A stretch of DNA of 64,000 nucleotides from Azolla caroliniana (lineage: Eukaryota > Plantae > Polypodiophyta), in contig JBHGNT010000012.1 of assembly GCA_043228905.1 (NCBI GenBank), positions 20,026,001 through 20,090,000 on the forward strand, read 5' to 3'. The notes below the pieces were generated by a model, which was not told the origin of the DNA, made no database searches, and was given only the letters and a program-made list of their open reading frames with translations. Both the position numbers and the translations under genes were made by a program. Below, one piece after another: positions 54,047 to 63,019 of this stretch (its first letter is position 1; the number at the start of each line of letters is the position of its first letter).

Positions 54047-54387
54047 TGTCATGGCAAGACTCGAACCCATGACCTTATGCTACATGGGTCGAGGTCTTAC
54101 CATTAGACTATACATTATAAGTTGTAGGATATTATTTTCATTTATGTTTTATTTTAGAAATTGATGTATATTCCAGATTTCTCTGGAACATTCTAGAAGC
54201 TTCAGGATTACTCTTAGAAATACTATAAAAGAGGGCACTAGGCGTTATGTTGAACCAAATTGGTTCAACGCCAGTCTTAAGCCTTCTAGCCACAGTTGTA
54301 CATTCTCTTCACGTAATACATATATTCCTCTCCCTCTTATCTCTCCCCTTTCCTACTAGTCTCTTAATTCCTCTTCTCTTTCATCCC

Positions 54388-55587
54388 ATGGCCACTGTTA
54401 GCGCTGAAGAATATCAATCCGTTTTTTCGGAGTTTCAATGTTTGAAGGAGAAATTTCATGCTTTGGAACAAGAAAACCAACGGTTGCTGGGGGATCTTCA
54501 ACAAATCTCCTTAGAAAAACAGCAAACGCAGCAACAGCATGGGGAACTTGCGTTACGCGTACAACAACTCGAAGCAACCATCGTGGCGATGCAACAACAC
54601 GGGCCCGCAACACAAGGAACTCATAAAGAACCCAAGATTGGCCTTCCCACGAAGTTTGATGGAACGCGATCGCAGTTTAGAGGGTTCCTTAATCAGGTAC
54701 GACTAGTTATTCAAATGCATCCTTGTCGATATCCCACCGATGCATCACGAGTGGGTTTAGTAGGAACTTTATTAAGTGGCTCAGCGTTGGCGTGGTTCGC
54801 TCCCCTATTAGAAAAGGAATCCCCGTTGCTCAATAATTTTGAAGAATTTATCGGTGAGTTTAAAGCATGTTTCGGAGATACTGACAGCATCAGAACCGCA
54901 ATCAACAAAATTCGGCGATTACGTCAAGGTGATCGTCCAGCCTCCGCATACGCTGCAGATTTTCGCCTACTCGCCGCCGATATTCCTTGGGATGATCAAG
55001 CGTTAATGGAGCAATTCCGTTACGGTTTACGCAACGATGTCAAGGATTTACTCTTGACCTTCCCCGAAGAGCCGAAGTCCTTAACAGAAGCAATTAGTCG
55101 CGCGGTAAGATGCGACAACCGTCTATTTGAGCGTCGTTCGGAACGACAACTACAGATGCCGAGGGCAAGATCGGAGCCCACCTACGCCTCAGTGACATCA
55201 AGACCTTTTCCGAGGGAGTCATACCTTGCACCTCCAGCGAATACTCCGACTCCGATGGAGATTGACACAACACGTCGTCGAGGGCCATTATCCGAAGAGG
55301 AAAAGCAGCGACGTCGTACAAATCGACTATGTCTTTACTGCGGTGGACCAGGACACATTGCAATAAATTGTCCCCATAGGCCAAAAAGGCAGGTAAACCA
55401 AATTACTGCTAGTACTAATAGTACTAAACCTGAGTCTATTGCCTTAGCTACGCATGATAGTTTTAACAGTACTAAAACCGAGTCTATTTCCCTAGGTGTG
55501 CATGATAGTCCTAATAGTACTTACAGTCCGAACCTAGCAAACAAATTTGATGTCCTTAGTCAGTTAGAAGAAGAGTTAAACGACTAA
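54388..55587 (+). CDS. gag: Gag (PEG10/Tcn1-like capsid plus CCHC zinc knuckle), chromovirus A
   Basis: MATVSAEE...EPKIGLPTKFDGTRSQFRGFLNQV...LRQGDRPASAYAADFR...PTPMEID...CLYCGGPGHIAINCP. Confidence 0.9.
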   Translation: MATVSAEEYQSVFSEFQCLKEKFHALEQENQRLLGDLQQISLEKQQTQQQHGELALRVQQLEATIVAMQQHGPATQGTHKEPKIGLPTKFDGTRSQFRGFLNQVRLVIQMHPCRYPTDASRVGLVGTLLSGSALAWFAPLLEKESPLLNNFEEFIGEFKACFGDTDSIRTAINKIRRLRQGDRPASAYAADFRLLAADIPWDDQALMEQFRYGLRNDVKDLLLTFPEEPKSLTEAISRAVRCDNRLFERRSERQLQMPRARSEPTYASVTSRPFPRESYLAPPANTPTPMEIDTTRRRGPLSEEEKQRRRTNRLCLYCGGPGHIAINCPHRPKRQVNQITASTNSTKPESIALATHDSFNSTKTESISLGVHDSPNSTYSPNLANKFDVLSQLEEELND

Positions 55588-57490
55588 GTCCAGCCAAAAT
55601 AGGAGCCGTTTGGTTGGACAGCCCTAGATCTGTGCAGCCCACTAGTGGTTCCATTTCCTCTAAGCAAGTTAGCAATGTGTTCGTAGCCCAAGTAGCCGTT
55701 AGTACTAAAAGTACCCCTCCAGTACATGTCTTAGCACTCCTAGATTCCGGAGCAAACTCTTGCTTTATGGATAAGAATTTTGCCCAAGCTCATCAGATAT
55801 CTCTTAGAAAACTCTCGTGTCCAGCCTCCGTAGTAGTCATTGATGGTCGTCCCATTGCTTCCGGAAATATCATAGAAGAATCAGAGCCCGTTAATGTTGT
55901 CCTAGATAATCTAGCATGTGTAATATCATTTAATATAATTAGTATTCCAGAACATCCCATAGTTTTAGGATTACCATGGTTTGAGTTACATAACCCAGAC
56001 ATAGATTGGAGGACAAGGAAAATTCAGTTTCGACAAACCCAAGGATCTACCCAGAAGATTGCAACCATTTCACTACATCAGTTGCGTGAGGAAGGGCACA
56101 AGGAGGACATGTTTCTCTTCGCAATATCAGTACAACCCTCCAGCACCACCAAAGAGGAGTCCATCGTTCAACTTCCCGAGAAGTATCGTCAGTATGCTGA
56201 TGTGTTCGATAAAATACAAGCCAACACACTTCCTCATCATCGACCGTACGATTGCCCCATCGATCTACAACCAGGAAAGGAGCCGCCATGGGGGCCAATC
56301 TACAATTTGTCACCTACGGAGCTAGAAGTCCTTCGAGCCTACATAGAGGAGAATTTGGCTAATGGTTTCATTCGGCATTCAAAATCTCCCGCAGGCGCAC
56401 CTATTTTCTTCGTCAAGAAGAAGGACGGATCTCTTCGCCTTGTTGTCGACTATCGTGGCTTAAATAAAGTCACCATCAGGAATAGGTATGCACTGCCCCT
56501 TATCTCAAGTCTTTTAGAACGGATCAATGGTGCCAGGTTCTTCACGAAGATCGACTTACGAGGAGCATATAACCTCGTACGAATTCGACCAGGAGACGAA
56601 TGGAAGACGGCGTTTCGTACTAGATACGGGCACTTCGAGTATACAGTCATGCCGTTCGGTCTCACTAATGCGCCGGCAGTCTTCCAGCACATGGCAAACG
56701 ATATATTCCGAGACCTGTTGGATAATTTTTTGATCATCTACTTGGATGATCTATTGGTTTATTCGAAGACCCAGGAAGAGCATGATTCTCATGTACTATC
56801 AGTACTAAAACGACTTCGAGAACATGGTCTGTATGCAAAACTAGAAAAATGTAGTTTCGGGTGCAACCAGGTGGAATTTCTCGGCTATGTCATCTCCTCA
56901 GAAGGCATCTCCATGGACCCAGCTAAAGTCAAAACGGTGGTGGATTGGCAGACTCCGCGTTCGGTGCGGGATGTGCAGTGTTTTCTAGGCTTTGCCAATT
57001 TTTACCGGAAGTTCATACAAGATTACTCAAGGATCGTTCTGCCTCTCACACAGCTTACCAGAAAGGGGCAAGCGTTCATTTGGTCTGAAGAAACAGACTT
57101 GGCTTTCGAGAATCTGAAAAAGGCGTTTACATCAGCTCCAATTCTGGGTCATGTCGATCCAGAAAAACCATTCATTATCGAAGCTGACGCATCGGATTTC
57201 GCATTGGGGAGCATTCTGTCACAACATGGTAATGACGAGAAGCTACATCCTGTGGCTTTTCATTCACGAAAGTTTGACGCCGCCGAAATCAACTACGAGA
57301 TACATGATAAGGAACTCTTGGCAATAGTGGATTCATTTATGCAATGGAGGCATTTCCTAGAGGGATCCCCTCACCCAGTCACTGTATTCAGTGACCACAA
57401 GAACCTTGCCTACTTTCAGGATGCTCGTGTGCTGAATCGACGTCAAGCCCGGTGGGCCCACTTCCTCACACGTTTCGACTTCAAAATTAC
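55575..57490 (+). CDS. pol: Pol (protease, RT, RNase H; integrase deleted), in the -1 frame relative to gag, chromovirus A
   Basis: LLDSGA, YLDD, ADASDFALG, YEIHDKELLAIV; the frame is open upstream across the gag stop. Confidence 0.88.
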
Positions 57491-57772
57491 TCTTAGAAAT
57501 ACTATAAAAGAGGGCACTAGGCGTTATGTTGAACCAAATTGGTTCAACGCCAGTCTTAAGCCTTCTAGCCACAGTTGTACATTCTCTTCACGTAATACAT
57601 ATATTTCTCTCTCTCTCTGTCTCTCTGTCTCGCTCACTTCTTCCTTCTCTCTCAAGAAGTTCTACACCCCTCATAGTACTAATCCTTCGTTTAGTACTAA
57701 TCCCTTCTCTGTAGTACTAATCCTTCGTTTAGTACTAATTCCGTCTCCGTCTTACTACTGATTCCTGACAGT

Positions 57773-58440
57773 CCCTCTCACTCGTTCCTTCTCTCAACGT
57801 TCTACACCTCTCATAGTACTAATCCTTCTCTGTCTTAGTACTGTTCTCAACAATTGTACTAATCCTTCTTTTAGTACTAATTCCTTCTCCGCCTAGGTAG
57901 CGTTCCTGACAGTTTGAACCGATTTGGTTCGAACTAATGCCTTGCGCCTCCTTTTATAGTGTCTTCAGGAATACTCCTGAAGTTTCTAGAATGTTCCAGA
58001 GAAATCTGGAATATACATCCATTTCCTAATAAAATATAAATGAAAATAATATACTTCGAATTACAATGTATAATATAACGGTAAAGACTCGACCCATGTA
58101 ACAACAGGTTATGGGTTCGAGTCTAGTTATGACACTTTTCAGGAGTATTCCTGAAGACACTATAAAAGGAGGCGCAAGGCATTAGTTCGAACCAAATCGG
58201 TTCAACGCCAGTCTTAAGCCTTCTAGCTGTTATTGTATATTTTCCTTCACCTAATACATATATCCTTCGTATCATCATTCTCTCTCTTTCTCTCTCTCTC
58301 TCCCTCTCACTCGTTCCTTCTCTCAACGTTCTACACCTCTCATAGTACTAATCCTTCTCTGTCTTAGTACTGTTCTCAACAATTGTACTAATCCTTCTTT
58401 TAGTACTAATTCCTTCTCCGCCTAGGTAGCGTTCCTGACA
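57773..58440. mobile_element. Scrambled LTR fragments of chromovirus B: U5 piece (+, 57773-57911), inverted U3 piece (-, 57914-58134), R-U5 piece (+, 58138-58440)
   Basis: By eye, each piece is identical to the corresponding part of 58138-58440 or 62709-62919, and each ends in TGACA. Confidence 0.88.
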
Positions 58441-59128
58441 GTGTTAGAACCGCCATCAACAAAATCCGGAGATTGCGCCAAGGTGAGCGGCCGGCCTCAG
58501 CTTATGCTGCGGACTTCCGTCTTCTTGCCAGCGATATTCCCTGGGATGACCAGGCATTGATGGAACAATTTCGCTTTGGCCTACGGAATGATGTTAAAGA
58601 TCTACTCTTAACTTTCCCCGAAGAGCCAAAATCATTGACCGAAGCAATCAGTCGTGCGGTGCGATGCGATAACCGCCTCTTCGAACGACGCTCGGAACGT
58701 CAGTTCCAAATGCCAAGGACAAGATCGGAGCCTACCTATGCTTCAATCGTAGCAAAGCCTTTTTCAAGGGAGTCCTTCAGTACATCTCCAACGAATACTC
58801 CGACTCCAATGGAGATCGACACCACACGTCGTCGCGGACCACTATCGGAAGAAGAAAAGCAGCGACGCAGGGCACATCGACTATGTTTGTATTGCGGGGG
58901 ACCAGGGCATATTGCAGTAAACTGTCCCAATAGACCAAAAAGACAGGTAAACCAAATAATTGCCTGTACTAATAGTACTAAACCCGAGTCTGTTTCCCTA
59001 GGTGTGTCTGATAGTCTTAATAATACTAAAACTGAGTCTACTTCCCTAGGTATGCATGAAAGTTCTAATAGTACTTATAGTCCAAATTTAGTCAACAAAT
59101 TTGATGTCCTTAGTCAGTTAGAAGAAGA

Positions 59129-62100
59129 GTTAAACTATTAAGTCCAGCCAAAATAGGAGCCGTTTGGTTGGACAGCCCTAGATCTGTGCAGCCCATTAGT
59201 GGTTCCATTCCCTCTAAGCAAGTTAGTGATGTGTTCGTAGCCCAAGTAGCAGTTAGTACTAAAAGTACCCCTCCAGTACATACCTTAGCACTTCTAGATT
59301 CCGGAGCTAATTCTTGCTTTATGGATAGGAATTTTGCCCAAGCCCATCAGATATCCCTCAGTAAGCTCCCGTGTCCAGCCTCAGTAGTAGTCATTGATGG
59401 TCGTCCCATTGCTTCTGGGAATATCATAGAAGAGTCAGAACCTGTTAATATTGTCCTAGATAACTTAGCATGTGTAGTGTCGTTTAATATTATTAGTATC
59501 CCAGAACATCCCATAGTTTTAGGATTACCATGGTTCGAATTACACAATCCAAACATAGATTGGAGAACAAGGGCAATCCGGTGTCGACAAACCCAAAAGA
59601 CAATGGCAACCATTTCGCTACATCAGTTGCGTGAAGAAGGGCGCAAGGAGGAGATGTTCCTTTTCGCAATATCAGTAAACCCCTCCATCACCACTAAAGA
59701 AGACAGTACTGTTCAACTCCCCGAGAAGTATCGTCAGTACGCTGATGTGTTCGATAAAGTACAAGCCAACACACTTCCTCATCATCGGCCGTACGATTGC
59801 GCCATCGACTTACAACCGGGAAAAGAGCCGCCATGGGGGCCGATCTACAGTTTGTCACCAACCGAGCTAGAAGTCCTTCGAGCCTATATAGAGGAGAATT
59901 TGGAGAACGGTTTCATTCGGCATTCGAAATCTCCAGCCGGCGCACCCATTTTCTTCGTCAAGAAAAAAGATGGCTCGCTTCGACTTGTTGTAGATTACCG
60001 TGGCTTGAATAAGGTTACAATAAGAAATAGGTATGCTCTTCCCCTTATCTCAAGTCTTTTAGAACGAATCAATGGTGCCAGGTTCTTCACGAAGATCGAT
60101 TTACGAGGAGCCTATAACCTCGTACGAATCCGACCAGGAGATGAATGGAAGACCGCGTTTCGCACCAGATATGGGCACTTCGAGTATACGGTCATGCCGT
60201 TCGGACTCACTAATGCGCCAGCAGTCTTCCAGCACATGGCGAATGATATATTTCGAGATCTATTGGATGATTTTCTGATCATCTATTTAGATGATCTACT
60301 GGTTTATTCAAAGACCCAAGAAGAACATGATTCTCATGTACTATTAGTACTAAAACGACTTCGAGAACATGGGCTATATGCAAAGCTAGAGAAATGTAGT
60401 TTCGGGTGCAACCAGGTGGAATTTCTCGGATATGTCATCTCCTCAGAAGGCATCTCTATGGACCCAGCTAAGGTCAAAACGGTGGTAGAATGGCAAACTC
60501 CGCGTTCGGTGCGGGATGTGCAGTGCTTCCTAGGCTTTGCAAATTTTTACCGGAAGTTCATACAAGACTACTCAAAAATAGTTCTGCCTCTCACACAGCT
60601 CACCAGGAAAGGACAATCATTTATCTGGTCTAAAGAAACGGACATGGCTTTCGAGAGTCTTAAGAAGGCGTTCACATCAGCTCCAATTCTAGGTCATGTG
60701 GATCCGGAACAACCATTCATTATCGAAGCTGACGCATCTGATTTCGCATTGGGGAGCATTTTGTCACAACAGGGTAATGACGAGAAGCTGCATCCTGTGG
60801 CTTTCCACTCCCGTAAGTTTGACGCCGCCGAAATCAACTACGAAATTCACGATAAAGAGCTATTGGCAATAGTTGATTCTTTTATACAGTGGAGGCATTT
60901 TCTCGAGGGATCTCCTCATCAAGTCACTGTATTCAGTGACCACAAGAACCTTGCCTACTTTCAAGATGCTCGTGTACTGAATCGACGTCAAGCTCGATGG
61001 GCCCACTTCCTCACACGCTTCGACTTCAAAATTACATATCGTCCGGGGAAGCACCAAGGGAAGGCAGATGCATTATCACGACGTTCGTATCTAACACCAC
61101 GTCCCGGGGAGCCAGCTTTCGATAACCAGAAGCAAGTAATCTTGGGACCAGCACGACTACAAGGAGCACAGGTCTTTGACATGCCCATGGACTCTGACGT
61201 CACCAATACTATACGTGAGGACTTGAAGACTGACGCCTTCGCCCAAGCTATACTAGCACAAATTGACCCCTGTCGAGCGTCATGTTCACAGTCACAACCA
61301 CCAGGTACTGACTATCGGCAATTTAAATACTGTGATGGATTACTCTTCTTTAAAGAACTTTTGTATGTTCCTAATGATTCTTGCCGCCTTCGAGTAGTAC
61401 AAAACTGCCATGACACATATACAGCAGGACATTTCGGTAGTACTAAAACATTAGATTTAGTACAACGATCATTCTGGTGGCCCCGTATGCAACAATTTGT
61501 CAAAGATTTTGTTCGGACTTGTGACACCTGTTGCAGAGCGAAAATGCCAAGGCATCATCCATATGGTTTATTAGAACCATTACCAATTCCAAGCAAGCCA
61601 TGGCAATCCATTGCTCTCGACTTCATCACAGATCTTCCAGTCTCTAAGGAGTTCAACGCGATTCTAACAGTGGTGGATCGATATACGAAGATGGCTCATT
61701 TCTTACCATGTACTAAGGAAATATCTAGTGAAGACACCGCCGAAATTGTCATGCGGGAAGTATGTCGGCATCATGGACTTCCCGATAGTATCATTAGCGA
61801 TCGTGGACCCCAGTTTGTATCCAAATTCTGGAAGCACCTTTTTAAGATGCTCAAGGTGACTTGTAACCTCTCCTCCGGCTACCACCCACAAACCGACGGT
61901 CAAGCCGAACGAACAAATCAAACATTGGAGCAGTATCTGCGGTGCTTTCTCAGCTATCATCAGGATGACTGGGCAGATATTCTTCACTTCGCCGAATTTG
62001 CCTATAATAACGCTATCCACGCATCGACTAAAGTTACGCCATTCTATGCTTATACGGGATGTCATCCCCGGTGGTCTGTCCTTGAAGTCCCAGAAGTGTC

Positions 62101-62716
62101 CACAAATCCGTGCGCGGAGGATCGTTTGGAGCGATTACGCAAGATACAAGAAGATTTATCTACTCAACTCCAGCATGCTCAACAATCACACAAGGACTAC
62201 GCAGATCGTCATCGACTTCCATCCAGTTTTAACATTGGGGATCGGGTGTGGCTGCTACGACGACACATCAAGACTACTCGCCCATGTGAAAAATTGGATT
62301 ATCGGCGATTAGGTCCTTTCCGTATTATCGGAAAGATTAATGATGTCGCTTTTCGTCTCGATCTACCTCCGCAACTTCGGATACATCCGGTATTTCATAG
62401 TTCCCTCCTTGAACCTTATCACGAGAGCACTATCCCAGGACGGATTACACAACCTCCACCTCCTATCGAGCTTGAAGATGGACCTGAGTATGAGGTTGCT
62501 GCTATCCTTGATTCCAAGATTGTTCGCAATAAGCTCTACTATCTAGTCGATTGGCTAGGGTATAGTCCCAGCAAGCGTACTTGGGAGCCGATCGAGAACG
62601 TGACCAATGCTCGTGCTCTTCTTGAAGACTTCCATCGTCGATATCCAGAGAAACCGGGTCCTCAATCTAAAACGACTCGTGGAACTCGTCGTTTTAAAGG
62701 GGGGATAGTGTCATAA
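59129..62716 (+). CDS. pol: Intact Pol polyprotein: protease, RT, RNase H, integrase, chromodomain
   Basis: 1182-aa ORF with LLDSGA, YLDD, HHCC (HDTYTAGH...CDTC), ALDFITDL/ISDRG/QAERTN (DDE), GPF, and chromodomain YEVAAILDSKIVRNKLYYLVDWLGYSPSKRTWEP. The stop lies inside the 3' LTR. Confidence 0.95.
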   Translation, partial: VKLLSPAKIGAVWLDSPRSVQPISGSIPSKQVSDVFVAQVAVSTKSTPPVHTLALLDSGANSCFMDRNFAQAHQISLSKLPCPASVVVIDGRPIASGNIIEESEPVNIVLDNLACVVSFNIISIPEHPIVLGLPWFELHNPNIDWRTRAIRCRQTQKTMATISLHQLREEGRKEEMFLFAISVNPSITTKEDSTVQLPEKYRQYADVFDKVQANTLPHHRPYDCAIDLQPGKEPPWGPIYSLSPTELEVLRAYIEENLENGFIRHSKSPAGAPIFFVKKKDGSLRLVVDYRGLNKVTIRNRYALPLISSLLERINGARFFTKIDLRGAYNLVRIRPGDEWKTAFRTRYGHFEYTVMPFGLTNAPAVFQHMANDIFRDLLDDFLIIYLDDLLVYSKTQEEHDSHVLLVLKRLREHGLYAKLEKCSFGCNQVEFLGYVISSEGISMDPAKVKTVVEWQTPRSVRDVQCFLGFANFYRKFIQDYSKIVLPLTQLTRKGQSFIWSKETDMAFESLKKAFTSAPILGHVDPEQPFIIEADASDFALGSILSQQGNDEKLHPVAFHSRKFDAAEINYEIHDKELLAIVDSFIQWRHFLEGSPHQVTVFSDHKNLAYFQDARVLNRRQARWAHFLTRFDFKITYRPGKHQGKADALSRRSYLTPRPGEPAFDNQKQVILGPARLQGAQVFDMPMDSDVTNTIREDLKTDAFAQAILAQIDPCRASCSQSQPPGTDYRQFKYCDGLLFFKELLYVPNDSCRLRVVQNCHDTYTAGHFGSTKTLDLVQRSFWWPRMQQFVKDFVRTCDTCCRAKMPRHHPYGLLEPLPIPSKPWQSIALDFITDLPVSKEFNAILTVVDRYTKMAHFLPCTKEISSEDTAEIVMREVCRHHGLPDSIISDRGPQFVSKFWKHLFKMLKVTCNLSSGYHPQTDGQAERTNQTLEQYLRCFLSYHQDDWADILHFAEFAYNNAIHASTKVTPFYAYTGCHPRWSVLEVPEVSTNPCAEDRLERLRKIQEDLSTQLQHAQQSHKDYADRHRLPSSFNIGDRVWLLRRHIKTTRPCEKLDYRRLGPFRIIGKINDVAFRLDLPPQLRIHPVFHSSLLEPYHESTIPGRITQPPPPIELEDGPEYEVAAILDSKIVRNKLYYLVDWLGYSPSKRTWEPIENVTNARALLEDFHRRYPEKPGPQSKTTRGTRRFKGGIVS

Positions 62717-62830
62717 CTAGACTCGAACCCATAACCTGTTGTTACATGGGTCGAGTCTTTACCGTTATATTATACATTGTAATTCGAAGTATATTATTTT
62801 CATTTATATTTTATTAGGAAATGGATGTAT

Positions 62831-62891
62831 ATTCCAGATTTCTCTGGAACATTCTAGAAACTTCAGGAGTATTCCTGAAGACACTATAAAA
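62831..62891 (+). promoter_or_regulatory. Heat-shock element array plus TATA box in the chromovirus LTR (also at 54171-54230, and inverted at ~57950-58012)
   Basis: In-phase nGAAn/nTTCn units TTC-GAT-CTC-GAA-TTC-GAA-TTC-GAG-TTC-GAA, then TATAAAA at 62885. Confidence 0.75.
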
Positions 62892-62919
62892 GGAGGCGCA
62901 AGGCATTAGTTCGAACCAA

Positions 62920-63019
62920 NNNNNNNNNNNNNNNNNNNNNNNNNNNNNNNNNNNNNNNNNNNNNNNNNNNNNNNNNNNNNNNNNNNNNNNNNNNNNNNNN
63001 NNNNNNNNNNNNNNNNNNN
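62920..63019. other. Assembly gap (100 N)
   Basis: Run of Ns. Confidence 1.

Larger units (their letters stand above)
54047..57770 (+). mobile_element. Chromovirus (Tcn1-like Ty3/Gypsy) copy A, internally deleted: partial 5' LTR, gag, PR-RT-RH, partial 3' LTR
   Basis: TGTCA start at 54047 and ...CCTGACA end at 57770. The LTR segment ~54207-54330 is repeated at ~57486-57610. Integrase is lost at an ATTAC microhomology (57486-57490). Confidence 0.9.
58138..62919 (+). mobile_element. Chromovirus (Tcn1-like) copy B: partial 5' LTR, 5'-deleted gag (to 59141), intact pol, PPT, 3' LTR running into the gap
   Basis: Gag C-terminal half is paralogous to copy A; PPT AAGGGGGGATAG is followed by TGTCATAACT at 62709. 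Confidence 0.92.

Noticed and set aside
54247-54387. N-terminal extension of the gag ORF, and the C-terminal tail of pol A after 57490
   Set aside because: Both are read-through of LTR sequence created by deletions.
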